In this document: positions 20,260 through 31,329 of the stretch, piece by piece
Layout: the number at the start of each line of letters is the position of its first letter
How positions within the stretch are numbered: position 1 is the stretch's first letter
Assembly (NCBI GenBank): GCA_045595945.1
Contig: JAZOBL010000011.1
Coordinates: 852 to 64,851 of the forward strand
From: Faecousia sp.
Lineage (GTDB): Bacteria > Bacillota > Clostridia > Oscillospirales > Oscillospiraceae
Reading direction: 5' to 3'
DNA: 64,000 bases
Notes under the pieces: generated by a model
Seen by the model: only the letters and a program-made list of their open reading frames with translations
Told to the model about the DNA's origin: nothing
The model's database searches: none
Position numbers and translations under genes: made by a program

Positions 20260-22455
20260 TTAATATTGGGTGCTTGCTGCAAATTCCAATGTTTCTCGGA
20301 TCTTATCCTGGATCTCGGGAATTTCTTCCTCGATCACCCGTCTAACCTGTTCGATCTTCCAATCCAGGTGATCTTTGTCGGTCATGTAGTGCATGGTGTG
20401 CTCATAACCCAGACGGGAATCCACCTCCACCAGAGGGATGGCGGCCTTAGCATTGGCGATCTCATCTCTACCCAGCTGGATCAAGGTCCGGCAGATTTCC
20501 TGAGCCTTTTCCAAGTCATCCTCAAGTCGCAGCTGCATATTCAGCCGATACCAGCGTTTCACATGAATGGCCGTTGTAATGATGGAACCAATGAAGCGAC
20601 CAAGATTCAGCATCTTTTCACCGTTATAACGCTTGCGGTCCGGGATCAGCCCCATAGCCTGTTCAAACAGCGCTACGCCCTCATTCCACAGCTGCTGCAT
20701 ATGAGTCAAGCTGCGGATCTCCGTCTCAGTACGGGCAAACCCGGGGGTCTGATGGGCGAATTCCAAAGGCTGGTACTTTGTAAAGAAAATGCCGTTACCG
20801 GTGAGAGCAAATTTAGACTGAGGCAGTTTCAATGTGCCATTACAGGCCTTACGAATGTTGTCGATCTGCAGAATCAGCGGGTACGAGGGACCAATGCGGA
20901 AGGGTCCATACTGATCTTCATCGGAGGGCGTGTAATACTGAAGTGCCTCACTCCACTTGCGCCATGCTTCAATTACCAGAGGAGCTGCCTCCTTACCATA
21001 CTCTCTGCAAGCCAGTCTGAAAGACATTTCTTCCGCGGATACATATGGACTCCACAGGCACCACTTAGACAGTTCACTGATCACAGAGGGCCACCAGCCG
21101 TAGTGGTGAGCATCGATCGTACCGCATAGGTTGTACTTTTCATGGGAATCCAGAAGCGCTTGATAGCGCTTTGCCCACTGGAAGGGTGTGGGTTCAAACG
21201 GAACCACACCAAAATCCCAGGTAAGTCCTGCAGCATTACTCATGGTATACAGGGGGATATTCCGTTCCTTAACCGCCACGGCTTCCGAGGTGAAGTAGTG
21301 GCCGGGGCCTTCAAAGGACAGAGTGTAGTCCACGGTAATATTGTGGATGTTCTCCCGCTTCAGCTTTTCGAACATCTCAAAGGTGACCATAATCGTAATA
21401 TCATCGGGCAGGGTTTTAATCAATGCAACTCTGTCCTCTTCCGGTGCCCAACCCCAGTTATAGGTCCAGAATACGATATCTGCCTCCGGGGTGTGTTTGC
21501 GGATGACCTTCTTGAGTAGATTGATATACTGGGGGTAGTCCCGGCAGGGCCACCAACCGGGTGCAGGCCGCTTATCCGGAAGAGCGTAGGGGTCAATGTC
21601 CTCAGAGGATTCCGCAAGGGGTTTTCCGGTGGTTCGCTCATCCTTACTTGGAAATTCCACGGATTCACCAACCAGAATAATACCCTTTACGTTGGAATAG
21701 CGGGAGAACAGGGAGCCATACACCTTTTCAAAGTGCGCTTCTGCGCCCTCATCATCCGGGTGGACAGCAGTCTTGATGTTGCTGTACAGGTAGACACCTA
21801 TTCCAAACTCAGCAGCGCGATCGATCAGATTGTTGATGTCCAAATATCCGGTAGCGGTTTCATCCACGCCCTTTACGGTCACCAGTACAGAGTCAAAGCC
21901 GTAGTGGGCCATGGCGCGGAGCTGAGAGTCCGGATACTGATCCATTCCCCATCCGGAATGTACCATTCTGGGGGCAAAGGCAGGGGCTCTTACCACATCC
22001 TGGCAAGGCAGGATCGGCGCTTCCTTTAGGTTCATCAGATCTTCCAGATGGTAGCTGCCGTGGGCAGTGCCAAGAGGATCAAAGCCGGAAATAATGACCT
22101 TATCGTCACCGCAGCACAGCCGGTAGCTGTTTTTTTTCGTCAGGCCCTGCTTGTTCTCCATAAGCGCAATGATCTTACTGCTGCTTTCCAGGCGCTTGGA
22201 TAGATCCTTCTTCACCTTCAGCAGTACGGACACATTCATACTGGTGAGTAGATAGTCCTGCAAATCCTTTGCTACGTTCATGATCACATTGGAGCAGTTT
22301 TCTTCTACCAAAATGGACCAACCGTCTCCAATTTCAATTTCATTTTCTCCGCAAACCACAGAATCGTCTCTTCTGTTGGGCTTGTGGATCTTTTCCAGCT
22401 CTCTGCGGAACTGATAGTTATGTTCTTTCAGAAGGTATTGATATTCGTATGCCAT
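20260..22455 (-). CDS. Hypothetical protein, putative glycoside hydrolase (GH20/67-like N-domain plus barrel)
   Basis: 731-aa ORF; SYRL...VIISGFDPLGTAHG resembles the N-domain of GH20/67/115; lies in CAZyme cluster. Confidence 0.55.
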   Translation of the reverse strand: MAYEYQYLLKEHNYQFRRELEKIHKPNRRDDSVVCGENEIEIGDGWSILVEENCSNVIMNVAKDLQDYLLTSMNVSVLLKVKKDLSKRLESSSKIIALMENKQGLTKKNSYRLCCGDDKVIISGFDPLGTAHGSYHLEDLMNLKEAPILPCQDVVRAPAFAPRMVHSGWGMDQYPDSQLRAMAHYGFDSVLVTVKGVDETATGYLDINNLIDRAAEFGIGVYLYSNIKTAVHPDDEGAEAHFEKVYGSLFSRYSNVKGIILVGESVEFPSKDERTTGKPLAESSEDIDPYALPDKRPAPGWWPCRDYPQYINLLKKVIRKHTPEADIVFWTYNWGWAPEEDRVALIKTLPDDITIMVTFEMFEKLKRENIHNITVDYTLSFEGPGHYFTSEAVAVKERNIPLYTMSNAAGLTWDFGVVPFEPTPFQWAKRYQALLDSHEKYNLCGTIDAHHYGWWPSVISELSKWCLWSPYVSAEEMSFRLACREYGKEAAPLVIEAWRKWSEALQYYTPSDEDQYGPFRIGPSYPLILQIDNIRKACNGTLKLPQSKFALTGNGIFFTKYQPLEFAHQTPGFARTETEIRSLTHMQQLWNEGVALFEQAMGLIPDRKRYNGEKMLNLGRFIGSIITTAIHVKRWYRLNMQLRLEDDLEKAQEICRTLIQLGRDEIANAKAAIPLVEVDSRLGYEHTMHYMTDKDHLDWKIEQVRRVIEEEIPEIQDKIRETLEFAASTQY

Positions 22456-22513
22456 CGTACATTCCATCCTTTTTGAGTCTGTTTAATTGTCCTGGCGCAG
22501 ATTGTAAGTATTT

Positions 22514-23338
22514 TTACAGAATATTACGCAGCCACCCTTTGACCTCTTCCAGCCAGCTTCTGGCTCGGGCAATAGAATCAGAAAGCGGCCCGCAGGTTTG
22601 ACTGTCCAGCGTGGATAAACCATGCCAGCCGCTGGGATAAATGTGCAATTCCACCGGAACATTGTGCTTTGTCAGTGCAGCCGCGTACAGCAGTGAGTTC
22701 ATTACCGGAACTGCATCATCCTCAAACGTATGCCAGATAAATGCCGACGGTGTTGCTTCGGACACCTGTTGATCGCAGGAGAAGAACGCGATCTCCTCCG
22801 GTGTTTCCGGTGTGTGACCGATCAGGTTCTCGAAGCTGCCCATGTGGGCATATTGGGCATCGGCGGTGATCACAGGATAGCCAAGAATAGTGGCCTGCAC
22901 CGGCTTACTGTCAGGAAAAACCGCTCGGACAGCATCGCAGCCATAGCAGGTAGAATAGTGAGCAGCCAGATGTCCGCCTGCGGAAAAGCCGCAGATCACC
23001 ACTTTGGTAGGGTCACATCCCCAAGCTTCTGCTTTTTGGTGAATCAGTTCCACCGCCGCAGCCACCTCCAGCAGCTGCTGGGGGAAGCGATGGGGTGCCA
23101 CAGAATAGGTTAGTATGAATACGTTATAACTCTCCGGTAAAAACTGCAGCGCAATGGGTTCTGCTTCCCTACGGGAGCAAACGGTATATCCGCCACCGGG
23201 GCAAATCAGGATACAAGGACGTTTTTCATGTTCGGGTAGCAGGACTTTCTCAGGAAGGTAGCATTCCAGAACAGCGTCTTCGTCTGTCTTTTTTAACACC
23301 GGAAAAAAATCATTCAAATGCACACGAAAATATTCCAT
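22514..23338 (-). CDS. Alpha/beta hydrolase, putative carbohydrate acetyl esterase
   Basis: CPGGGY, GFSAGGHLA, DDAVP, HGL triad motifs. Confidence 0.88.
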   Translation of the reverse strand: MEYFRVHLNDFFPVLKKTDEDAVLECYLPEKVLLPEHEKRPCILICPGGGYTVCSRREAEPIALQFLPESYNVFILTYSVAPHRFPQQLLEVAAAVELIHQKAEAWGCDPTKVVICGFSAGGHLAAHYSTCYGCDAVRAVFPDSKPVQATILGYPVITADAQYAHMGSFENLIGHTPETPEEIAFFSCDQQVSEATPSAFIWHTFEDDAVPVMNSLLYAAALTKHNVPVELHIYPSGWHGLSTLDSQTCGPLSDSIARARSWLEEVKGWLRNIL

Positions 23339-23360
23339 AATTGTTCCTCCAAACAGCGGA

Positions 23361-26060
23361 TCACTCCGCGGTGCACCAAAGCTGAACAGGTCCGATCAAT
23401 CCGGAGGGCTCTTGTGCCATATCCCGGTCCAGCAGGTTATCTCCCCGCTCCTTAGCCAGAGTGTTCGTTACATCCACCCGGATAGTATTGCGTCCGTTTT
23501 TCAGCAGGCCGCTCACATCAAAGCTATAGGGTGGCGCGATCTTGCTGCCGGCCGGCTGATTGTTGATCCAAAGCTCCGCGATTTCATACACACGACCCAG
23601 ATCAAGGGTAACATTTTTCTGCTGAGCATCCTGCAGATCAAACTCTGCCTCATAACGGATGGTACCGGTAAAGAACGGCAGTACACCGGGAACAGCCACA
23701 TTTCCCAGCTTGGTAATGGACAGCTGCTCCTCAAACATGGTGACCTCCGGTGCTTTGGAGGTGGAGACCTTCCACTGGGTGTCAAGCTTCATGAGCAGCT
23801 CACCGTCGGTAGTTTCCGGAGCAAATGCGCTCAGCATGGGCTTTCTGAGTGCCATTGCGTCAGATTCGGTAAACACCCTAGCAGCAGCCTCGTTCTCAAA
23901 TACGAACACAAAGCGGGACTGGAAGGCATCCAGATCCACCCGGATAGTCAGTTTTCCGTCCTTCTGTGTATAGGAAGGATAGTCGTAGGTATTCTCCATG
24001 GCATCGTAGAACACCGGGACACCAGTCGTCTTCAAGGTCATGGTGGTATGGACAGGCTCCAGTCTTGCCTCGTTCACCAGGAAATAAGTGTCGTAGGCAG
24101 GCTGGCGGTAGTGATAGCAGCGCAGATAGGTCTCGTCGGTGGGTACAGCCACCTCATGCAGATCCTTCTTTTGGATCTCCTCTGCCAGCTGATCACAAGT
24201 GCAAACGTACACATTGGGATTTGCTTTCAACTCTGCCAGCAGACCGGTGGCTGCGTCTGTCTGTAGAGGGCTGCCTGCAGGATAGTCATTCATAAAAAAC
24301 ACAGGGATATTCGCCTTTGCCATACAGCACAGGCTCTCCAGCATGCCCTCCGGCAATTTTTCCGCATAGGGCACTACCATAACCCCATAGTCTTCTCCGC
24401 CGATCTTCAGGCAGCCATCTCCGATGCGTGAGCATCCCGGCTCCAGGAAGGTGTCGATGGGGACAACATCGCAGTCGATCTGCTGTTTTGCCAGGGCTTT
24501 TACCGGCTTTTCAAAGGGCATGTACTCCCCTGCCCATTCAGCCTCTGCGTGGTACAATACAGCCGCTGTGGCAACATGGCTACCGCCGCTGAGCAGGTGG
24601 CATACCCGGTTCGCATATGCCGACCAGATATGGAAGTACCGCCACTGGGGATTCAGACCCCGGTCATAGAAGTGGGGCGGCGCATCCCAGTCGCAGGCCT
24701 TCGGGGTGAAGGCATGGGGGATCAGACGGTTAACTCCTCGGACACACAAGTGATCCGTGAGCCATTTCATCATCTTCAGACCCACCTGCCAGCCGTATGC
24801 ACCGAAGATCTCGCACACGGTCGTACCGCTGTCTTTTGATGTAATATGTGCGGAGGAGGAGGTCATCTTGGTAATACCCCAATAGTAGAAATCCGCATCC
24901 AAATAGCCGACCTGTGAGGAGAATCTTCCATCAACCACGCCGGGCCAAACTTGATGGATCAGATCCAGGCCGGGATAGTCCTGTCCCTTAATGGAACGGA
25001 AGAAGTGGCCTGCGCCATAACCCAGGCGGGCGTGGGCGCCGTTGTCTTCGATCAAGTGGCCGATGTATTTTACATTGTGGGCCCGACACCAATCGCCGAT
25101 CTGCTGGGTGTAGTTCTCAGCAAACAAACGGCTGACCAGTTCCATAAAGACGAATCGTACATCGGCGGTGCGCTCACCGGCATCATACCACAGGCAAGGC
25201 AGCACCTTGGTAAAGTCGCCCTGCCATTGTTCATTCAGCTGGCTAAGGAGGGTTCTGGACCAGGGAAGCACCATAACCGGGCGGTTATTGGCGTCGCAAT
25301 GATCGGTGCATCCCAGACTTGCCTCATAGGAGGCCATATTGCCAAACCTAGGCTCATCGGAGAAGAAACCGGCGATGGTCTTGCCAAATTCATCTGCAAA
25401 ATGCTTGTAATGTTCCTCGTAAACATAATGGAGGAATGCCTTAACAGGCTCCGGCTCAATGGGATTTAAGTAGTCCTTTGTCCCCTCTTCACCGTCCTCC
25501 CGGGTCTGCACAAGGAAGAAAATACGCCAGTTGCCCTCCGGCACATTCCAATAGAGCATGCCGTCCTGCACATGGTCAGTAATGTCCATCAGCGAGTCAA
25601 ACTCCAGCTTGTCCAAGGTGTCCGCTCTTCTGGCGGCCACCACTGCTACCAGTTCTTCTCCCTTATCGGACTCTACCCAGGTCTTCTGGAAAAACAGAGC
25701 ATCCTCCTGAGGGCCGATCACATCCAGATGCCGTTCTGCAAGATACACCTTTAGGTATTCCGGATGGTGATCCCGAATCTTGCCGGCGGAATAGCCGCTG
25801 GGGTAAGCGCAGTCATCAAAGAACCACACCTTCATATCCCGCTTTTTCGCCTCGTCAAGCAGGATGCTCAAGTCCTGCCACCAACGCTCGCCAAGAAAAT
25901 CCGGATGGGGTCTGGATTCGATTACAAATTCCCCTACTCCATTGTCGTTCATGTGGCCGACCATTTCCCGCAGCAGAGCTTCGTCTTCTCCGTGCAACCA
26001 AAACAGAGGTGTCAAATAACTGGGATTTTCTTTTCTAAGCAGTGACTTTAAACGCTCCAT
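23361..26060 (-). CDS. GH106-like glycoside hydrolase (alpha-L-rhamnosidase family)
   Basis: PLFWLHG, ESRPHPDF, WFFDD..YPSG, GFFSDEP, EIFGAYGW, C-terminal PSGLIGPV. Confidence 0.8.
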   Translation of the reverse strand: MERLKSLLRKENPSYLTPLFWLHGEDEALLREMVGHMNDNGVGEFVIESRPHPDFLGERWWQDLSILLDEAKKRDMKVWFFDDCAYPSGYSAGKIRDHHPEYLKVYLAERHLDVIGPQEDALFFQKTWVESDKGEELVAVVAARRADTLDKLEFDSLMDITDHVQDGMLYWNVPEGNWRIFFLVQTREDGEEGTKDYLNPIEPEPVKAFLHYVYEEHYKHFADEFGKTIAGFFSDEPRFGNMASYEASLGCTDHCDANNRPVMVLPWSRTLLSQLNEQWQGDFTKVLPCLWYDAGERTADVRFVFMELVSRLFAENYTQQIGDWCRAHNVKYIGHLIEDNGAHARLGYGAGHFFRSIKGQDYPGLDLIHQVWPGVVDGRFSSQVGYLDADFYYWGITKMTSSSAHITSKDSGTTVCEIFGAYGWQVGLKMMKWLTDHLCVRGVNRLIPHAFTPKACDWDAPPHFYDRGLNPQWRYFHIWSAYANRVCHLLSGGSHVATAAVLYHAEAEWAGEYMPFEKPVKALAKQQIDCDVVPIDTFLEPGCSRIGDGCLKIGGEDYGVMVVPYAEKLPEGMLESLCCMAKANIPVFFMNDYPAGSPLQTDAATGLLAELKANPNVYVCTCDQLAEEIQKKDLHEVAVPTDETYLRCYHYRQPAYDTYFLVNEARLEPVHTTMTLKTTGVPVFYDAMENTYDYPSYTQKDGKLTIRVDLDAFQSRFVFVFENEAAARVFTESDAMALRKPMLSAFAPETTDGELLMKLDTQWKVSTSKAPEVTMFEEQLSITKLGNVAVPGVLPFFTGTIRYEAEFDLQDAQQKNVTLDLGRVYEIAELWINNQPAGSKIAPPYSFDVSGLLKNGRNTIRVDVTNTLAKERGDNLLDRDMAQEPSGLIGPVQLWCTAE

Positions 26061-26096
26061 AAAATCCTTCCTTACTTTTCACAAATCTTTTGCCTG

Positions 26097-27470
26097 TTAC
26101 TCTTTATTAACAATTTTGTAAGGGCCAAAGGCTAAAAGTGCACGCCCTTTTTCATCTATAATATTACAAACTGTGTGTGGACCTGCTCCGTACCATAAGT
26201 AGGCGTTATTCACATCTACATAGCAGTTCTCCACCCCGATAACCACCCGGTTTTTTTCCAGACGCACATACCCCAGATTCATATAAGGATGCGCAAAGGG
26301 CAGATCATCGTCAATTGTGACAGAAAAACCGTGGGGCACTCCATCACCGGGAACGCAGAGTTTTCCACAAACATGGTCGTAGTGAGTGACGATCTCGCTG
26401 TTCTTCTCACCGACGGCTCGCACGGTAATCTCCCGGAGCGTGGGAATCGGCTCTCCCTCCCCTGTGAGCATCCGATGCATTTGATCAGCCATCACATGGC
26501 CCAATCGTTTTTGGGACTTTGCGTCCAGATGGATCACATCCTGGTAGCTGGCATTGGATACCGACACAGTGCAAAGTGCAGGAATTTCTTCATCCATTGC
26601 TTCTTGCTGTGCGCGAATCTTATGCCAAGTATGGCAATTCTGAACCGTATCCATTCCGGACACCTGAGTAACGCCGATCTGCGCCTGTACGATGGGCAGG
26701 GCTTCGTCACCCAGTTCCTTACGGAAGGTAGACACGAAATACTTCATGTTCTGTGTAAAGGCTTCTGTTCTGTCCACATAAAAGCCGTCGGTCTCTCCCT
26801 GATACCAGAACATTCCCCGCACATGATTGCCGCAGTCAGCGATTCGGTTTATCATTTGCTTGTACAAAGAATCCGGCACATCATAATCAGGGCTGAACTC
26901 CATTAGTGAAGCGCCGCCCTTGGCGCAGGGAATGAGTCCCTGTGGAATGCCGGTCAGATCAAACAGCCTAACACCGATAAAATGCCCCGGTCCCACACGG
27001 ACATCCGTTATATTAAAATCGGCGGCTCTCTTCACAGCGGAGGGTTGCCCCTCACCGGCAGATGCTGGGTCAACGAGAGCAAATCTCTTGTGTATGGCAG
27101 AAGTAGCAGCTCTCCACTCCCCATCAAAGTAATAGCACCGTACCGAGGACAACGGATTCTTGTTATAGGCAATTTCCTCCTCTGTTTGGACAGCAACACC
27201 TTCCATATTGGATTGGCCGGCAAGCACCCAAACATCGCCTACATACATGTCGTTGAACGCACAGACAGTTTCCCCATCAGTGATTTCAAACGCGTATGGG
27301 CCTCCCACGGGGATGCCTGTCAGCTTATACTGACCGTTTCCCAAGGCTGTCAACTCTCCCATAGTGCTTTTGGGGGCGATGGCATCGGCAATCCAACAAT
27401 AAATTTCGCAGAGATTTGTTTGAGGGTCTCTCTGCATAACCATTCCGTTCCGGATTCCTCTGATGCTCAT
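26097..27470 (-). CDS. SASA-domain (sialate/carbohydrate) O-acetylesterase
   Basis: VGDVWVLAGQSNMEG, WYQGETD, DVIH. Confidence 0.88.
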   Translation of the reverse strand: MSIRGIRNGMVMQRDPQTNLCEIYCWIADAIAPKSTMGELTALGNGQYKLTGIPVGGPYAFEITDGETVCAFNDMYVGDVWVLAGQSNMEGVAVQTEEEIAYNKNPLSSVRCYYFDGEWRAATSAIHKRFALVDPASAGEGQPSAVKRAADFNITDVRVGPGHFIGVRLFDLTGIPQGLIPCAKGGASLMEFSPDYDVPDSLYKQMINRIADCGNHVRGMFWYQGETDGFYVDRTEAFTQNMKYFVSTFRKELGDEALPIVQAQIGVTQVSGMDTVQNCHTWHKIRAQQEAMDEEIPALCTVSVSNASYQDVIHLDAKSQKRLGHVMADQMHRMLTGEGEPIPTLREITVRAVGEKNSEIVTHYDHVCGKLCVPGDGVPHGFSVTIDDDLPFAHPYMNLGYVRLEKNRVVIGVENCYVDVNNAYLWYGAGPHTVCNIIDEKGRALLAFGPYKIVNKE

Positions 27471-27490
27471 AATTTTTCTCCTTAATAGGA

Positions 27491-29983
27491 TTATCGCAAA
27501 TCTGCAGCCAAGCGGAATCCGGTAAACCGGTTCTTCCAATCGTGCTCCAGTGCATTTCTGGTAGCACAGCGGCAGTAGGTGGCAAGATCCGTGTAAGAAC
27601 CGCCGCGGATGACCCGCAGATCCTCATGGATAAAGCCGCCCTCTTCATAAGAACGGTACACATCTGCGCACCACTCGCCTACATTGCCCAGCATGTCATA
27701 AAGACCCCAGGCATTCTGCAATTTCATGCCCACAGGGTGAGTCGTCGGCAGTGCGCTAGTCTCCACGGACTGTGTGCCCAGCTGCTGATAGTTCCACATA
27801 TACTGGGAGAATTTTCGCAGGGTATCCGTACCGTAGCCGTTGGTATCCCGGCTGCCGGAGCGGCAGGCGTACTCCCACTCAGCCTCGGTGGGCAGACGGA
27901 AGATCACCTCGTTTTGCAAACAATTGAGCTTTTCGATAAACGCAAGGGCATCGTCATAGCTGACAGATTCCACAGGCAGATCGTCTGCCTTGTTATCGCT
28001 GGGATTGAAGCCCATCACCGCTGCGTACTGGGCCTGTGTAACAGGATAAACCCCAAGGAAGAAGCTATTTTCCACGGTCTCGGGATGTACAGGCTTCTCG
28101 CAAGGCTCAAAGTCCTCCTGGCCCATTAGGAAATCGCCAGCGGGAATGCCAGCAAGCGCGATCTGAGTGTCGCCGCAACGGATACTGCGGCAGATACCAG
28201 TGCGGTAGGCCTCATCGGGAGTGATGGGCTGCTCAGTAGTGTGCTGCTTCACCAGAGGGAAGCAGGTAAATTCCTGCTCATTAGGCACCAGATAGTAAGG
28301 CATCACAGTAAGGTTGCCGGGCATAAAGTTGCCGGCATCGTCCAAATTACCGATCCAATGGGTGCAATTCCAATCGGCGCGGGAGTCCAGGCCTGCCTTT
28401 TCATTCCAAGCGATCTTCTCCGGGGAGAAAGTCTGTGTCTCACCGCTGACAGCCATAAGGATCGGGCCGTCCATCAGGGCATACCGCTCATATCCATTGA
28501 CCACGGTCATACCCTCATACCGCACTGTGCGAACGGTTCTGGGGAGGGTAAAGGTGATTACATCACCGGAATTCCAGGTTCTCTCCAGCGTAATATATGT
28601 ACCTGCCTTACCGGCAGCAACTTCCGCGCCGTTAACGCTGAATCGTACATCCTCAGACACCCAGTAAGGAACACGGATCCGCAGGGGGAATGCTCCATTA
28701 CCGGAAACTGTAATGGAAACTGCGTTATCCTCAGGGAACATGGTCTCCATGCGAAGACCGTAACCGTCGCCAAAGCTGATTTCAGAATCAGCAAACAGAT
28801 TCACGGTTACGCCGTTGTCTGCAGTGTGCAGGTTATAAACCAGGCCGGGCAGCATGCCATAGATCATAGCGCCGGTGCCCTCGCAGCAGGTGTTCTCCGT
28901 ATAAGCAGCATCCTTAATGCCGTGCAGATAGGCATGATAGCGAATGCCCAGATCCCCCACCTGAGCGGGAAGGATCACATTATACAGGGATTCCTCAATC
29001 TCCCGGGCATACTTCTCCTCGTTGGGGAACAGCTGCAGCAACCGCTGATTCAGCAGCAGCCACCAAACATTGTTGCAGGTCTCACCGGTGTGTTTATCGG
29101 CGCTGATATGCCGGGAAGCAGGCAGGTAATTGAACACCGCGTCATGCTCCTCACAGATCGCCACATTGCCGCCAATATGGATCCAGTAATCCTTAAACAT
29201 CTGCCAGGCAGACAGCACCGCCTGCAGGTACTTTTCGTTGCCGGAAAGCTGGTACAATTCCAGATAGGAGATAATGGCATTCAGCTCATAGCCGTGGGCG
29301 CCATCGTTGGGTCGCTGCCAGATGGTCTTGGTATCCCCTGCCAGCAAATCTTCCACCCACGAGGGAATGGTATACAGCGCTTCACTCTTCTGCCAATCCT
29401 CTTCTGTGCCCAGAGGAGACAGTGCCATTTCCATATCCGCGATCATACCCTGGTAGCTCAGGTGCAGCTCGGCAGCCTTCCGGCGGTTGGGATAGGCGTT
29501 AAACCAATCCTGGAAACGACGGATGGTCTCCCCTGCTTCCTCAGAACCGCTGCGGTGGGCAGCAAGAAGACCCCGGGTCAGCCAGGAGCGGGTATAGTTT
29601 GCCCGTTCCAGAATCATGAAGTCCTCTTTCCGGAAGCCCATGCAATAGCCGTCTCTGTCAGCGCAGGTGTTGATCTCCTTGACCAGAGCATCCATCTCCG
29701 CCTTCAGTTCCGCATCCTCGCTGTAGCACAGGGAATTGCCTGCGCCCATCAGAAAGCGACCGGCGTTAGAACCTTCCAGATCTGTCTCCCAGAAGAATGC
29801 TAAGGGTCTGCTGCGGGGGCATTCCTGTCCGATCCGATCCCGGAAGGGATAGCGCAGATCGTCAAGCGTAAAGTACTGTTTCAAATAGCTTTTATTGTTT
29901 TCAAAAGCGTCGAACAGCAAACCCTTTTTCAGTTTCACATTCTTTAGGGGCATATATTCTTTTGCAATCACCCGTTCGTTCAT
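27491..29983 (-). CDS. GH127/GH146-like glycosidase fused to C-terminal FGE/SUMF1 domain
   Basis: ETCNN, ESLYN, TCCEGTG; C-terminal RLPTEAEWEYACR, GLYDMLGNVGEW, RVIRGGSY, GFRL. Confidence 0.82.
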   Translation of the reverse strand: MNERVIAKEYMPLKNVKLKKGLLFDAFENNKSYLKQYFTLDDLRYPFRDRIGQECPRSRPLAFFWETDLEGSNAGRFLMGAGNSLCYSEDAELKAEMDALVKEINTCADRDGYCMGFRKEDFMILERANYTRSWLTRGLLAAHRSGSEEAGETIRRFQDWFNAYPNRRKAAELHLSYQGMIADMEMALSPLGTEEDWQKSEALYTIPSWVEDLLAGDTKTIWQRPNDGAHGYELNAIISYLELYQLSGNEKYLQAVLSAWQMFKDYWIHIGGNVAICEEHDAVFNYLPASRHISADKHTGETCNNVWWLLLNQRLLQLFPNEEKYAREIEESLYNVILPAQVGDLGIRYHAYLHGIKDAAYTENTCCEGTGAMIYGMLPGLVYNLHTADNGVTVNLFADSEISFGDGYGLRMETMFPEDNAVSITVSGNGAFPLRIRVPYWVSEDVRFSVNGAEVAAGKAGTYITLERTWNSGDVITFTLPRTVRTVRYEGMTVVNGYERYALMDGPILMAVSGETQTFSPEKIAWNEKAGLDSRADWNCTHWIGNLDDAGNFMPGNLTVMPYYLVPNEQEFTCFPLVKQHTTEQPITPDEAYRTGICRSIRCGDTQIALAGIPAGDFLMGQEDFEPCEKPVHPETVENSFFLGVYPVTQAQYAAVMGFNPSDNKADDLPVESVSYDDALAFIEKLNCLQNEVIFRLPTEAEWEYACRSGSRDTNGYGTDTLRKFSQYMWNYQQLGTQSVETSALPTTHPVGMKLQNAWGLYDMLGNVGEWCADVYRSYEEGGFIHEDLRVIRGGSYTDLATYCRCATRNALEHDWKNRFTGFRLAADLR

Positions 29984-29998
29984 TTCTTTTTCTCCCTA

Positions 29999-30505
29999 TC
30001 AATAGTTTTGTCCATCGTCCAGATAGACATTATACGGTTGCGCGCGTTTCATTGCTTTGACCATTTTTTCAGAAAGGGTCAGCAGGACTTTATATTGGTG
30101 GTCATAATACATCACATACAGGTCGCTGTCCTCTGCATAGCTGATGCCGCTATAGTTGAGTAAACGAACTGTTCTGTGTGCAAAATTCTGCAGGCGGGAT
30201 GATCCTGCCGGGGCGAGGATCTCTATTTTTTCAGCTTGGAAGGTTTTCATATGCTTCCGTGTAGTTTGGGAAGCTATCCGGTCTACCCGCAGTTCTCCAT
30301 CATAGTAACTATAATCGAATTCCAGATCGATCAGCCTCCGGAAGAAGTATGCGCCGATGCCAAATCCCACTGCAAAAAGATAAAAAATCATAGTCCAGGC
30401 ACCCAGAAACACGCAGATGCCCACCAGAGCCATTAGGAAATATAAGAACAGCTTTTTCCAGATTGATCTGGGACGGTACGCCATGCATTCAATTGCTACA
30501 TCCAT
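29999..30505 (-). CDS. DUF6106-like membrane protein
   Basis: Two N-terminal TMs, then EFDYSYYDGELRVDRI...RK. Confidence 0.7.
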   Translation of the reverse strand: MDVAIECMAYRPRSIWKKLFLYFLMALVGICVFLGAWTMIFYLFAVGFGIGAYFFRRLIDLEFDYSYYDGELRVDRIASQTTRKHMKTFQAEKIEILAPAGSSRLQNFAHRTVRLLNYSGISYAEDSDLYVMYYDHQYKVLLTLSEKMVKAMKRAQPYNVYLDDGQNY

Positions 30506-30615
30506 AAATAACCCCTCACCGAAAATTAGATTTTATAACTGCCCGTATAACTGTAAAAACATCAATGTTCGGCACACGCCATTACACCTTAATGATGTTT
30601 TTACTTCACAAATTC

Positions 30616-31308
30616 TCACAAAAGGATTTCTTTGTTAGTACCGTAGAAGATATCCTCCCGGTTACTGACAAACTTGCAGAATTCCTCGATCATGCGCCAG
30701 GAATCGTCTCCGTCAAACTCGTAGCTATGTCCCCAAATGTAGAAAACCTGAGGCTTGTCCGGCTTCATGTCAACAAATTTCTGACCAAGTTCGAACATTT
30801 TTTCCGGCTCTTGTGCGCCGTAGACGGTAGGGTTAAATAAATACAGATCCGTCTGCACATCAAAATTATGTGTAGCATTGGTGGTTCTGGCGTATTTGAC
30901 GCCGGTATGCTCCCGGATCACCTGGGCCACATATTCATGGCCGCTAGCACCGCCGGGATAAGCCATACCTACCACCTCGTAACCCACCAGATCGCTCAAA
31001 TTCAGCCTATCCTGTTCCACCTGCCGGATGACTTCCTCATCACTGCAGGTACGCAGCAACGGATGGGTCAAGGTGTGGACTGCAACCTCATGCCCCTGAT
31101 AGATATACGCCACATCCGCGGGCTCACACTTATTAACATGCATTAAAGAATCACGGTACAGAATCGTGTTATCTCGTCCCAAGAGCCCAGAGTTCAGATT
31201 AAACGTTGCTTTAAGATTGTACTTATTCAAAATCTCAATCAAGCGAACATCCTGGGTAACGCCATCGTCATAGCTGAAGGTAACCGCCTTCATTTTTCCG
31301 TTAAACAT
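30616..31308 (-). CDS. Polysaccharide deacetylase (CE4/NodB), copy 2
   Basis: TFSYDDG, HTLTHP, WGHSYEF. Confidence 0.92.
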   Translation of the reverse strand: MFNGKMKAVTFSYDDGVTQDVRLIEILNKYNLKATFNLNSGLLGRDNTILYRDSLMHVNKCEPADVAYIYQGHEVAVHTLTHPLLRTCSDEEVIRQVEQDRLNLSDLVGYEVVGMAYPGGASGHEYVAQVIREHTGVKYARTTNATHNFDVQTDLYLFNPTVYGAQEPEKMFELGQKFVDMKPDKPQVFYIWGHSYEFDGDDSWRMIEEFCKFVSNREDIFYGTNKEILL

Positions 31309-31329
31309 GTTAATCCTCCGACTGAATCC

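Noticed and set aside
27491-27700. FGE domain as a diversity-generating retroelement target
   Set aside because: No reverse transcriptase or template repeat seen in the window
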